Shown one piece after another: positions 1 through 16,600 of a stretch of DNA of 64,000 nucleotides (position 1 is the stretch's first letter; each line of letters begins with the position of its first letter). The notes under the pieces are model-generated. The model ran no database searches. It saw nothing but the letters and a program-made list of their open reading frames with translations, and had not been told where the DNA came from. This DNA is from Bugula neritina. Taxonomy: Eukaryota; Animalia; Bryozoa. The position numbers and the translations under genes were made by a program. The stretch lies in assembly GCA_964035545.1 (NCBI GenBank), contig OZ037766.1:310001-374000 (forward strand), written 5' to 3'.

Positions 1-103
1 ATTACACTGTAAGTAGAACACAATATATTATATTTGACATGTACTATGTGTGTGTATTGATGACCTCACTGAGCTGATTATTAGTAAACTGTAGCTGATA
101 AGT

Positions 104-3100
104 TTAGTATTTTATTGTGTATCTCCTCAGTCCATCATCTCTACATGCTAGAAACACCTTGTCTCTGTACACAGCAATGTCCCACACCCAGCTACTCACA
201 CCAAGACTTTCTCTGGGAATTCTTACCATCAGTTCACCTGTAAATAGAATAACACCAGATTGTATCAGTTTGAGACAAATAGACAGACTACAGTGACATC
301 ACAACAGCTGACACAACTACATACAGTTTCTACTTTCTAGTATAATATAGTAACTGAAATATGTTCAATAATATACCTGCAGCTGCACTTCTACCAGTCA
401 GTATTGAATAATTCACTGAGCTGCTCTACTCCTTACTTCATAATAAATGACAACATGGAGAGAAGAAACTCAACATACAAGCTTAGTGCTCAGCTAATAT
501 AATTATAAATAATTACATAATATAAGATGTACTCCAACATTATCACATATTAAATACTTGACAAGAAACAACCACAGCCACCTGAGTCCCACCAGCAAAC
601 ACTGCTCTACCAGCCATCATCAAATTACAATAGTCTCAGTAATGGCAGTCAAAAAGTATCAAATTATTTATCTTTAAATTATCTGATGACCAAAACAATA
701 GCAGCACTAGACTGAAGTCAAACTACAACTCATAACTCATGTGTAGCTGGCAGTCTGTACAGTTGTTAGACTGAGCACCTCTGAAATTACTGTAAAACAC
801 TTCCATGAAATACTAACTATTGCCAGTACTAATTAGACATATAATATAGCCTATGAGTGGAAGTTGTTTACAGATAATAATCATTTATCACAATATTGTA
901 TTAGAGCGGGGGGGGGGGGGGGGGGGGTGTCTAACCATTTCAGAGCAAAGGCCACTGAAATGGAATATTCCAGTAGGAAGGGCCACACTGTAAACTTTAG
1001 TGTAAGCTGCAGGTCACAGTATCAGTACTTCTCAAATAACTTTATTCCAAATTCCTATGACTCATTACATAATGAAGTCCTAATAGTTACTGCAGGCTGA
1101 ATGTATGTAGTATGTGTATAAATATGGCATTTAAAAAGTTGCTTCTCTACTCTAATTCATATACATGTGTAAAATAATTTTGCGTTATATCTTTGAGGGT
1201 CACATAAATGTAGGCTGGGGGTCACAACCAGCCCTGGGGCCGCCTATTGAACAGCCCTGTATTAGAGTAACTAAACTTACTATAATAAACAGAGTATTTA
1301 CCTTCAAGTGAGAGGATGAGGAGAGGTCCTTCCCTTGTACAGATGTGAATCAGTTCAGATGTTGGATCAAAGGAAATACCAGTTGGTAGTGAGATGTGAG
1401 GGAATTCCCACATCAGAGTGAGAGTTGTGTTCTCCACTTTATATCTTCTCACTTTACCATCTTCAGTGAAGTCTCCTATGAGGAGAGTTGAGTCTGGGAG
1501 GATGCATACAGGGTCAGGGTACTTCATCTCAGGAAGTGGGAACTTCTGTATTTTATTGTCAACTAGATTACACACTACCAGCTGTTTCTCTCTCCTGTCT
1601 ACAATGTACACTAGAGAGAGGTACTGAGCTATTCTATAGTAAGAGGGTTCATCTACTGAATGTTTGTAGAGAGAGCGAGTCTTTTTAAAGGAGTTCGGAT
1701 CAAGAAGTGCGACTTCAGCTGATTTCCCCTTTCTGTTATACCGGCTGCCAACCACCACGCCTTCAGGTTGGATTATCTCCCCCCACTCTGTAGTGTTGGT
1801 GTCCTCCACTGAGAACATAGTAACCAGAGTGTGTCTATTTATTACTTCTACACCTTGTGTCCAACACATGAGATGTCCATCAGCTGAGATTTTTACTCTC
1901 CAACACTTTCCATGTACAGGAAGTCCATCAGACTGTAGAGAAGCTGGTGGCTGCAGCAGCTTCATTCCCAGACTGTCTTCACTGTCTGCAACAACAAAAT
2001 AACAATTCTATAACTTGAGAATCTCATCACCTGCACAGGTAGAGAGTGTTTTGTTAATACTGACAGCAGGTAGTCAGCATAACACAGTTTAGCAGCTCAC
2101 TTATACATCATAAACTCTGAAACACTGCAGAAATGTCTCATAATGTGAGAGTAGAAATAACACAAGTCAATATTCTAATCACTAATGAACATCGACATAA
2201 AATATATGAACTTAATTTTTTACTTGTCAGCTTCCAAAGCTGAACTATTTGAGAAAAAAGCTCATCAAAATCTGCAAGTAGAAAGCTGTGAATAAATTCT
2301 GAATTTGTGGTGATGAATTCTGTTTAATAAGTCTACATACTTGCAGATGCCAGGAGTTTGCGAGGAACAGAACATTTCTCTATCATGCTGATGTCTAAAG
2401 CCTTTTCTATCTTCTCACTCATCTCTTTGTAGTCTCTCACAATGCCTGCATCATTGAACTTATCAACTGCATGTTGTACTCTGTCCACCAGAGACAACTT
2501 ATCAACACCATGTTTCACTGCCAGGTCATATCTATAATTAACCACCATCTCTGTGCTGCTTCTCAGATATTCTGATAATTCATCCTTCAGTTCCTCACCT
2601 CTCTTTCTAATCTCTTCTATCTAATAAATAGTAACACATTATAACCACATCTGCACCTCACAACCTCTACACTTGACATGAGAGTGACAGCTGACAGACC
2701 ACCCACTGAATAGACACACAGTGACTCAGTCATGTGACACTCTATACACAGTAGACTGCTAGTACATCATGTGACTAGTCTCCTCCTCCTTCCTGTCAAT
2801 CACTCACACAGCCAACCTCCCTGTGTGAGTGATTGACAGTTGCAGAAGGATGAGTGAGTCATCTGTATTGACAGGTTCACCTGCACTGAGTGTCACGTGA
2901 TGAATGACTACTGCTACTTGCACACAAAATGGTGATGGTTTAATGGCTGCCGATTTCTGAGTACATATGAAGTTTTGTACTGCAGCATAACATTAGAGAA
3001 TTAGACTACACAGTTTTACTCTAAACAGTAGTTATCTATATTCTCTACAAACATGTCTGCCAACCTTTGCATTAACTGTAGCATATACTCTGGCAAACAT

Positions 3101-4509
3101 CTTCTTCACATCATCTTCTATTTCACTCAGTTGTCTCCAAGCATCCTTTGATATGTCATTCAACTCTGAAATCTTCTCAGACAGAATCTTCATTTCCTCA
3201 GTCAGTTTGTCTCTCAGCTCACGGGATAAATCATTCAACGATGTTACGTTGTGAGAAGCTGCTTTTCTCCCTGAAATAATATTCAAGTATTTACCTCAAC
3301 ACATTCAGTGTATCGTTACCTTAGACTGAGTTCTATTCGTGTGGCCACACAGGAACACATGCTATATTCTCATTTAAACTATGATATGCTTTCTCAAACT
3401 TGGTGGATGTTATAAACAGCCAAAGTTAGAAAATTGAAAGAATGAAATCACCTGCCACTTTTCCACATCCACTCTTAGAGTCACACCGAATACAGAATCT
3501 CTGGTGACACTGAGAACACGCCTCTATCAGCTGATGGTGTTCATGATGTTCACATTTAGTAACGGAGTAACGCTGTGGAGATGCTGTGTAGGGGTCAATG
3601 GGAACAAACTGGTGTGTAGTGTTCATGTAAGTCTTCAAGTGTGCTTCATGGTTCTGACAACAGAAAACATGGTTGAATCATGAATCACAGCTAGTAGGTT
3701 GGTGCTTGCATATAAGATACTGATAGTCAGGTTGACAGTACTAGATGGTATATAATGTAAGGTGATAACAGCAGCACAGAGGACTGTGTGCTGTACTATA
3801 CACACCGACAGACACACAGACATACAGCCATGACATATCTCTGTCTTTCCTGAGACTAGAAGAGAATTCTACAGTATAACTCATCAGTATGTCCTGTACT
3901 AGTAGCTACAGTCAACACACAACTCACCTGCTGATGCTGTTCACACAACTTCTTCTCACTCTCTACACAGAAGACTACAGCCTCTGTTCCATCCTCACAC
4001 ACATCACAGAGAATGGGTGGAGGTTTGGGAGGAGTTTTGTATTCTAGAACATCACCCAGCTTAGCCACTGGTAGAGTTGTGGGATCAGTGATGTCATAGA
4101 ACCCCTTTCTAAAATATAATATTATTCAGTAAGATACAAATAATGAGATAATCAGTAACCTTGAACTTTCATTATGAGAGATTATCCTGATGACTAGACA
4201 GCTAGTAACCAGAGTGTGCATGAAGATACAGAACTGACAGTTTTAAGATAAATACAGTCACCATGAGTGTTAGAGAATAATAATATGCACTCACATGAAA
4301 TATATCATGTTCATTAGTGCAACTTACCTGCAGTACGCACAGTCGATGTGGGTTTTCTTGTAGCCAATGTCTGTTTTAAGACAATTTATACAATAGACGT
4401 GTAAACAGGGCAGAGTTCTGGGATCTTCCAGTTTATCAAAATGGTGTAGACAATACCCGCATCTATAGGAGTTATTGAGTCTCTTCTTTACTACCCTGGA
4501 GTCTGCCAT
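104..4509 (-). CDS. TRIM-NHL-like E3 ligase (RING, 2 B-boxes, coiled coil, C-terminal beta-propeller), paralogue A, about 622 aa
   Basis: Seven phase-compatible GT-AG exons: 4328-4509 (RING CGYC..LPCLHVYCINC..CAYC), 3928-4108 (B-box1 CDVCED..FCVESEKKLCEQH), 3452-3653 (B-box2 CEHHEHH..CSQCHQRFCIRC), 3065-3270 and 2341-2620 (coiled coil), 1302-1985 (propeller-like, YIVD, PTGISFD) and 104-237 (ends YTIKY, TAA). Total 1869 nt, open frame. Confidence 0.85.
2787..2850. other. Perfect intronic hairpin (19-bp stem, 9-nt loop) in TRIM paralogue A
   Basis: CTGTCAATCACTCACACAG (2793-2811) is the exact reverse complement of CTGTGTGAGTGATTGACAG (2821-2839). Flanking TCCTTC/GAAGGA extends the stem across a bulge. 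Confidence 0.75.
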
Positions 4510-4899
4510 TTTGATTTTGAATTCTAAAAATAAACAGATGATAATCTAATCATTTGATAAGTGAGAAATAAACACCCAACTCCATTACCACAGTGATAGT
4601 AATCTAAGTCCAAGACCTAATAGTCCTTATAATTTTAATTTAATCTAAACCTCTGCTTTTTCACTTCAGTTAGCTTCATGCTAAATTATTATCAGAAAAC
4701 TGTAGAGTAACTATATTATATATATATTTCACGGTTGAATTTTCAGACAACTCAAATTAATCTTACAAATCAGAAATATTCAATGTAAACATAAAATAAA
4801 CTACTAACCTGATAGTTTCACCTTCAGTTCTCACGCGCTGCTAACTGTAGAATGTAGAGAGTAGGAACTGAGAAGATGATGTTGAAATGCGAGTTAGCA

Positions 4900-4990
4900 G
4901 ACTCACGTGACATTCTATAATCATTATTTTGATTGGGTGAATTGACCAATCATTATCAAGAGAGTAGTTAATCAACTGCCCAATCACAGC
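4900..4990 (-). promoter_or_regulatory. Putative promoter of TRIM paralogue A (E-box plus CCAAT boxes)
   Basis: TCACGTGAC at about 4903-4911, GATTGG at 4931-4936, CCAAT at about 4946 and 4980. It lies just upstream of a probable 5' UTR exon (donor near 4808). Confidence 0.5.
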
Positions 4991-7900
4991 GTCCACATGA
5001 ATCCAGCTTCGAGATAATTTGCCAAGTTTATGGTTACCTGGTTACCTTCTCCCCAGTTATGAAGCTCTCGGTTGCTTTCACCTAGTATTATATAAACAGG
5101 TTATTTGACAGTATATTGTGCATCTTATTAAAGTGTAACTTTTGGTGGTATTTACGTTCAATTTGTGCATTATTTAATTTTGAATCAATAAGCTATTAAA
5201 ATAAGCTACATTATGAACACAGGGTTATAAGTATTATAGAAATAGTCAATATAACTCTAGACTACATTATATCACATGAGAATGTTTATCTCAAGTATTA
5301 TATATTTATTTGAAAAGTACTATATATTTATATGAAAAGTATTATATACAAATACATATACAAATAACATCATCTCAACTGTTCTGTATAATTCACATTC
5401 CTCAGTGAGAAGATCCGACAAGCATAACTCTAATGAATTCTCTACACTGTAGAAATATTGTTGTAGTTTTATACACTACTATTTGGGGTGGTATTGTATG
5501 CTCTAGTAATTACTGCATGTCCACTAGGAGGTTATGTGAAGAAATAGTTGATGCTTAAAGAAAGAACTGCATTGAGATTTTAATTACATATAATCTAGGT
5601 CATAGAGAAACTCAATGAACTCAATAATATTCAACTAGACTAAAGCTAAACTATTTGGCCATGCTAAAACGTCCTTGGTCTCTTCGGGTCTATTCCAGCT
5701 CAGTGGAGAAACTAATGAAAGAGAGTACAAGATAGGAACTATTACACAAGGCTAGCCTATATCCCTGATAGTTATCGTCTGACTGACACTAGGCGCCTGA
5801 AGGTGCTGTTTATATCCAAGAGATTGGTCCTGGTTGGTTAGTATATGGTATTGCCGATGCGATGTCACACGGAGCTGCGGCATCGCTAACGGAGTTGTAG
5901 TCCCTTGGAACATTTAATGCCTCATAATATAATAATACAAGTACTTAGGTAGGGGGTACAGGGGGGTATACTTGCCGCAGCCACTACAATATTCTTTCAC
6001 TTTATTTCATATGAAATTAGCATATTATATTACTGGAGGGAGACAATCCCAAGATGAGATTATCTATATGATAGATACTTAGTCAAGTTCTGTTTGATAA
6101 TGTATTGTATAGTTTCTAATTAGTCCACTCTACAAAGACACAGAGCCATTTGAGGAGTTGAATATTTATCAAATTGAATATATAATGATACTTGTCATGA
6201 ACTATCATTGTACCAGTATTCTATTATTAGGAGATATTACTCCAGCATCTATATAATATCACTGTATCTTCACAACTTGGCACAGTTACACATCAGTGTG
6301 TTGTTAGCCTCAGTTCTACAACTTAGTGGAAAGGATTTGCTCAGTTCTGATGGCTAGAAGTACCTACATGATGTTTATTGATACGAACACATACTACTAG
6401 TATATTATAATACTACTACTTGACTGTAGAGGAAGTTGGAGAGATGCCAAAATAATGACACAATAACTCTGTTTCCAATATTCTGTGGAATTTTTTAATC
6501 ATGCATCAGAGGCGTGTCAGGGGGAAGTATGTTGGTCACTGAACTAACTGTAGATACCAACACATACAGTTTACAAATATACCTCTATATTATATACTAT
6601 GAGTCATGTAATATAAATAAATACTAATAGATAGTAAATGTATGAAAATATAACATATTAACATCGTATGTTTATACAAACTAAAATGTTTGCTATTAAT
6701 TGGCCAATATCCATTAAAGTTATTTAACGATTGACCTCTAAGTAGTAAATTCCTGTTACTATATTGTCTATAATCCAGTTGATGTACAGAGATACTTTAG
6801 CAAGTGATGATAACTCCAACATACTCTTTCTCAGTAGGTACATTCCATCTATAATAAACACACAAGTATTATCTACTGACACACTGGTGGCATACAGGTG
6901 GGCGGAGCTTATAGAATCCCTGACAGCCACATTTATATAGTATTAATATCTACAGCAGGTAGTTTCATTTGTTTTCTCATTTAGCAGCATGCATAGCCTG
7001 TGCTCTGAACATTTAAGTCAGCTTAGTGATTATTCTGCAGCAGCAAAGAATAGCAAGCAATAAAAACCAGCAACCAGCAACCTTGCCTTCGTAAGGGCTC
7101 GAAGGGCTAGAAGTACACGCCCATTACTATATCCGTTTCCGCTCTTTAATGTTTACGCGTGCATTATCAGTTGGAATTACTTTTTAAAAGGTGACTATGA
7201 GTATGAAACATTCTTTTTTTAACTTTTTATAGTTATACTATTTGTCGTCGAATAATAATAAAACTGAAGATTAACTTGTATATTAGGAACTAGCGCTTTC
7301 TGATTTTTCAATGTTATAATTATAGAGTTATAGGTATACTTTCAAGTTTCACTAACTAATAACTTAGTCTTAGTCTTAAACTTATACTTGTAACTTAATT
7401 ACTTATAAGTTATACTAATACTTACCGACTTATAGTTATACTAATTTAGACTTACTCTTAATCTTAGAGTTAGTAGTGGTACTTTGCTATTTAGGGTTAC
7501 TTTTCAATCCTGCATTCATGACCAGAGACTTAAATCAGTTACCATTCGTTATGCTTATGCCTTATGCCGGCTTAATAAATCTTATGGCTTATAGTTATGG
7601 TTACTGTTGTTGTGATGGAATTATTCAAATTCACATTCTTAATCTTATCTCTTTGAAAGTTTTTGATCCCACCTTCCATTCTATTAATGTTCTATTTTGG
7701 TGCAGACTGAAGATAATTAATATCATGGGGGCATATACGCTAAATTCCATTGTCTGTAGCAATTACTAGGTTTGCCATAATATTAATTACATTTTGATTT
7801 TCGTCTACCAGACACTGTTACAGTTTCCATTAATATTAACTTCATAGCTGACTTGCAGCTACGTGGCTTTATCTTTATACGGAGATGCAGCTATCCTTGT

Positions 7901-8750
7901 AACTACAGCAACCTATCCTGAGCTAGCTGACGTGGACCTAACCAGCAGGAAGTCTTGCTGCACCCAACAGCTATCTGAAGTCACTCCTCTGTAAGACCCA
8001 GCTTCAGGTAGACGTACCAGAACGAGAGGAGTCATCTACAAGGTAATTACCATAAGTTATATGCATATAATACTGTTATAGTAAACCACTAAGTGCTTAG
8101 CTATATTATTATACACTATACAGTCAGTTGTAACAGTGATACCTCAGTTTCACGTTACAATACTGTCAGTGTCATGGTATCATATTTATGATTATCATAA
8201 TATTAATACTAATAGGATCATGTTATAACTTAGAGGCTTTCTCTAATAGTTAGAATAAAAAAAATTATCAACCTTCCATACTGTTCTTTGGTTCTTCTTA
8301 ATCTTTGCCCATAGCTAAATTATATATTCAAATTAACATAGCAGTCTATATACATTGACTTTGAGAATGAGACCCAATGATTACATTTAATGTCTTCACG
8401 AATTTTAAACACCCCAGTTCCGTACCATTTCAACAACTACATAAGCCCTGAAAGTAAGTGTGAATATTTTGAGGCAATTCCCAGCTTTAAAATAGAAACT
8501 AGCAGGCACAGCTACAAATACACAGAGGTACAACCCACCCTTTCTATTCAATAGTAACTGATTAGAGACTTACCTTATTGTTTCTTGTCTAGGGGTGTAT
8601 ATCTACAGTGGTGAGGAGAGGGGAGTTGAGTCATAGCAGTAAAACAGTGAAGTCAAACTCTGCAGACAGACACTAAGAGTACCTGCAATTTCTAGTCACC
8701 ATAGACAAGGAGAAGACAACTTGTGACTCATCGGCATGCGTCTGTCAAAC

Positions 8751-8943
8751 ATGATAATGTAAGTTACTGAATTATATGTACTCTTAGTATGATACTGTAA
8801 GTTACTGAATTATATATACTCTTAGTATGATAATGTAAGTTACTGAATTATATGTACTCTTAGTATGATACTGTAAGTTACTGAATTATATATACTCTTA
8901 GTATGATAATGTAAGTTACTGAATTATATATACTCTTAGTATG
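8751..8943. repeat. 38-bp minisatellite, about 5 copies, each containing GTAAGT
   Basis: Unit TGTAAGTTACTGAATTATATRTACTCTTAGTATGATAM. Confidence 0.9.
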
Positions 8944-9025
8944 ACATCACAATATAGACAGCATTAGTCTTTTCCTATACTAACTCAGTGTTATTGTTGA
9001 GGTATAATAAGACATGAATTTGTAG

Positions 9026-11325
<2,300 letters not shown>

Positions 11326-12713
11326 AGTCTACTTTGTTTGAAATATTGTTGCTATGGAAACACTGACATTGCTAGAGAAATAAATTATCAGTATGTGACA
11401 TTGTGGATGTAGTTCTCAGCTTAGAATGTTTACATTGTGGAGTAATCATTAAATATTCTCTCTATTTACAATTAGCATAGTGAGTATCAAGATCTGAAAT
11501 GTATAATATTCTTATGTCATATTATTCACCTGTACTTTTAGCAGGTAAATATATTGAAACAGTATCCATGTTTGTATATAGTTAATAGTACATATCTAGT
11601 GACTAGCATATCTCGTAACATTTATATTGACTATAGAATATATATTTTTATTATTTCTATTTCATGTTGAGCTATGAACAATGTTTTAGGGTTTTATATA
11701 TAAAATATTTTATGCAAGTTTTGGGATCATATTTCTATGCGATAATATGCTACAATTGATTATTTGTATTTGATGTTTTAATTTTATTAAAAATGCACTA
11801 ATTTAGTTATTCACGATATTGGTATTTGATACAATGTTCTTAATGCCTCTCATGTTCTACCTTTTGAATGGGAATGAAATATAGAAATATTGCTGGTAAT
11901 AGCTAGACATGTTCTTCAGTTTTCAAATATAAATATAAATGCTAGTGAATTAGATACAGAGAAGAGGAAGGGCACACAGAGGAGTTAGTAAAGTCAAGTT
12001 GAGGTTACACTGGTTATTTGCATAATAAAACAAAATTATTTGTAAGCCACTTGTGTAGTGCTTTTCCTGACCAGAAAAACTGGAAGCTATACTTATTCTG
12101 TTTTCCACAGTGAAATAACAACCAGTATTTAGTTTAACCTCCATGACAGCTATTTATAACCTTATGATGGTACAGGAAGTTATTCAACTTAAATGTAACT
12201 CCTTCACAATTCTAGCAACAACACAGCAATTTCACTTGTTGCTCAACTAACAGATAGTAATACTAGTTTGCTTTATGTAATCAGCTTATGAAAGTACATT
12301 ATTACATCATTATTAGAGGAACTTAGTAGGGAGGAACATGTACATCAAGTTTAACAATGCAATCCTACAGCCATAATGCAAGTCACGTGACAGGCTTGGA
12401 CAATAATATAATATTAGTTGTGAAGCATTGCAGAGCACACACTGCATGGTGCATATACAAGAATATAGTCTTTCTATAAGCAGCTCCGAGTTGGGGGTGA
12501 TCAAGTGCAGCAAGTTTGTGGTTCTCAAGTGTAGAGTTAAGGACTTAGACTGGAAACTTAAACCCCCAACTCCAAACTCAATATCCCAGACTACTGCACT
12601 CGGGTTGCTTATACATGATATAAATACTGAAACAAGATAAATTTAATTTAAATTACTGGAGTTGTCTTACATTGGTACTGAGTTCAGTATGACAGTTAGA
12701 CTATCCCCCTAGA

Positions 12714-12980
12714 CACACTCTGCCACACCGTAAGTCGTAACGTAAAATGTCAGCCATTTTTAATATGTCCGACTGAAGTTCTCAAAGTGCGCTACTAGGT
12801 ACGATCTATGACACTTCATTTATATCCAATGAAGTGAGGGGAATGTCTGCCTGTCCAATAGGAGCCGGCCACAACTTTTTTGAATCAAACAGTGCTAGAT
12901 CCTAACGTACCACAACGCCGTACAAGAAACTCGAACACTTGTAAAAGTATGGCTGACATTTTATGTTACGGCAAAGTGTG
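12714..12980. mobile_element. Non-autonomous DNA transposon (MITE-like), about 270 bp
   Basis: Terminal inverted repeats CACACTCTGCC..CGTAACGTAAAATGTCAGCCAT (left) and ATGGCTGACATTTTATGTTACGGCAAAGTGTG (right). No coding capacity; superfamily not assignable. Confidence 0.6.
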
Positions 12981-13653
12981 GTATTCCCTAAACATGGATA
13001 ATTGGTGAGATTGGAGTTGTCTTTTACCAGCAAACAGCAATTCCCACATACTGGGACATATTCACACACAAACTACATAATATAGTTTCTGAGGCTATTA
13101 TTAAACTATTGAAAGAAAAACTTGCTAGGAATAGCTGCATTCCTACAATTTATTGCAGTAACTCTTTTTATATACAATACTTATAAAACACATGATATCT
13201 GCAGGATTGTTTGTTCTACTCTGTACCAGCCATTTAAACTCACAAGTTATATACAGCTATTACTTGATGAGGAAGTAAATAGACTCATGTTGTGCAGAAA
13301 CAAATGCATTATTTACCTCTCAAATAAAATAGTTATTGTTGTGAAGAGAAATATTTAAATTATTATGACTAAGTAGGTAGATGAGTCATAAACCAGTCAG
13401 AAACAAGTAAACTTTATTGAGTAAATATGACTACAGAGTAGTGACAGCATAGCATAGTGAATATGTTACATAATAATTACTAATCAACATCAAATACTAC
13501 ATATAAGCAGTGTAAGTCCTGTGGAATATATAATATTATACTAAAGTATTATTACACTGTGTGTAGAACACAATATATTATATTTGACATGTACTATGGG
13601 TGTGTATTGATGACCTCACTGAGCTGATTATTAGTAAACTGTAGCTGATAAGT

Positions 13654-16600
13654 TTAGTATTTTATTGTGTATCTCCTCAGTCCATCATCTCCACATGCTA
13701 GAAACACCTTGTCTCCGTTATACACAGCAATGTCCCACACCCAGTTACTCACACCAAGACTTTCTCTGGGAATTCTTACCATCAGTTTCCCTGTAAATAG
13801 AATAACACCAGATTGTATCAGTTTGAGACAAACAGACAGACTACAGTGACATCACAACAGCTGACACAACTACATACAGTTTCTACTTTCTAGTATAATA
13901 TAGTAACTGAAATATGTTCAATAATATACCTGCAGCTGCACTTCTACCAGTCAGTATTGAATAATTCACTGAGCTGCTCTACTCTTTACTTCATAATAAA
14001 TGACAACATGGAGAGAAGAAACTCAACATACAAGCTTAGTGCTCAGCTAATATAATTATAAATAATTACATAATATAAGATATACTCCAACATTATCACA
14101 TATTAAATACTTGACAAGAACCAACCACAGCCACCTGAGTCCCACCAGCAAACACTGCTCTACCAGCCATCATCAAATTACAATAGTCTCAGTAATGGCA
14201 GTCAAAAAGTATCAAAATATTTATCTTTAAATTATCTGATGACCAAAACAATAGCAGCACTAGACTGAAGTCAAACTACAACTCATAACTCATGTGTAGC
14301 TGGCAGTCTGTACAGTTGTTAGACTGAGCACCTCTAAAATTACTGTAAAACACTTCCATGAAATACTATTTATTATAAATTAGCCTCAGAGCCAAGTACT
14401 TACTAACAATATCATGATACAGCCTGTGATATTACTAGAATAAAATATCACAAAATTGCAATAAAGCAGGGGTGTCTAACCATTTCAGAGAGAGGACCAC
14501 TGAAATGGAATATTCCAGTAGGGGGAGCCATTGTAAACTTTAACTTTATATTCCAAATTCCTATGACTCATTGCACAATGAAGTCCTAATAGTTACTGCA
14601 GGCTGCATGTATGTAGTATGTGTATAAATAAGGCATTTAAAAGCGATGTTTTCACTTTAATTCATATACATGTGCAAAACAATGTTATGTGTTGTGCCTT
14701 AGAGGTCACATAAATGTATACTGGGGGTCACAATCAGCCCTGGGGCTGCCTGTTGAACAGCCCTGTATTAGAGTAACTAAACTTACTATAATAAACAGAG
14801 TATTTACCTTCAAGTGAGAGGATGAGGAGAGGTCCTTTCCTTGTACAGATGTGAATCAGTTCAGATGTTGGAACAAAGGAAATACCAGTTGGTCGTGAGA
14901 TGTGAGGGAATTCCCACATCAGAGTGAGAGTTGTGTTCTCCACTTTATATCTTCTCACTTTACCATCTTCAGTGCAGTCTCCTATGAGGAGAGTTGAGTC
15001 TGGGAGGATGCATACAGGATGAGGGTTCTTCATCTCAGGAAGTGGGAACTTCTGTATTTTATTGTCAACTAGATTACAGACTACCAGCTGCTTCTCTCTC
15101 CAGTCTACAATATACACTAGAGAGAGGTACTGAGCTATTCTATAGGCTGTGAGTCCATCTACTGAATGTTTGTAGAGAGAGCGAGACTTCTTAAAGGAGT
15201 TCGGATCAAGAAGTGAGACTTCAGCTGATTTCTCCTTCTTGTTATACCAGCTGGCAACCATCACCCCTTCAGGTTGGATTATCTCCCACCACAGTGTAGT
15301 GTTGGTGTCCTTCACTGAGCTGATAATATCCAGAGTGTGTCTATTTATTACTTCTACACCTTCTAGTGTCCAACACATGAGATGTCCATCAGCTGAAATG
15401 TTTACTCTCCAATACTTTCCACGTACAGGAAGTCCATCAGACTGTAGAGAAGATGGTGGCTGCAGCAGCTTCAGTCCCAGACTGTCTTCACTGTCTGCAA
15501 CAACAAAATAACAATTCTACTTGAGAATCTCATCACCTGCACAGGTAGAGAGTGTCTTGTTAATACTGACAGCAGGTAGTCAGCATAACACAGTTTAGCA
15601 GCTCACTTATACATCATAAACTCTGAAACACTGCAGAAATGTCTCATAATGTGAGAGTAGAAATAACACAAGTTAATATTCTAATCACTAATGAATGTCG
15701 ACATAAAATACACAAACTTAATTTTTTACTTGTCAGCTTCCAAAGCTGAACTATTTGAGAAAAAAAGCTCATCAAAGTTTGCAAGTGGAAAGCTGTGAAT
15801 AAATTCTGAATTTGTTGTGATGAATTCTGTTTAATAATTCTACATACTTGCAGGTGCCAGGAACTTGCGAGGAACAGAACATTTCTCTACCATACTGATG
15901 TCTAAAGCCTTTTCTATCTTCTCACTCATCTCTTTGTAGTCTCTCACAATCCCTGCATCATTGAACTTATCAACTGCATGTTGTACTCTGTCCACCAGAG
16001 ACAACTTATCTACACCGTGTTTCACTGCCAGGTCATATCTATAATTAACCACCATCTCTGTGCTGCTTCTCAGATATTCTGATAATTCATCCTTCAGTTC
16101 CTCACCTCTCTGTCTAATCTCTTCTATCTAATAAATAGTAACACATTATAACCACATCTGCACCTCACAACCTCTACACTTGACATGAGAGTGACAGCTG
16201 ACAGACCACCCACTGAGTAGACACACAGTGACTCAGTCATGTGACACTCTATACACAGTAGACTGCTGGTACATCATGTGACTAGTCTCCTCCTTCCTGT
16301 CAATCACTCACACAGCCAACCTCCCTGTGTGAGTGATTGACAGTTGCAGAAGGATGAGTGAGTCACCTGTATTGACAGGTTCCTCTGCACTGAGTGTCAC
16401 GTGATGAATGACTACTGCTACTTGTACACAGAATGGTGATGGTTTAATGGCTGCCGATTTCTGAGTACAAATGAAGTTTTATACTGCAGCATAACATTAG
16501 AGAATTAGACTACACAGTTTTACTCTAAATAGTAGTTATCTATATTCTCTACAAACATGTCTGCCAACCTTTGCATTAACTGTAGCATATACTCTGGCAA

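Noticed and set aside
3320-3361. Extra micro-exon in the TRIM genes (AG..GT bounded, present in both copies)
   Set aside because: It contains an in-frame TAG in the required phase, and the flanking exons join in frame without it.
6724-6930. ORF with a VFIIDGMYLL motif reminiscent of DNA-transposon proteins
   Set aside because: Too short, with no termini or further motifs. At most a degraded fragment that I cannot assign.
7848-8042. Exon-like segment as the missing MK2 first exon
   Set aside because: It has stops in all three frames and no Gly-loop or ALK motif.
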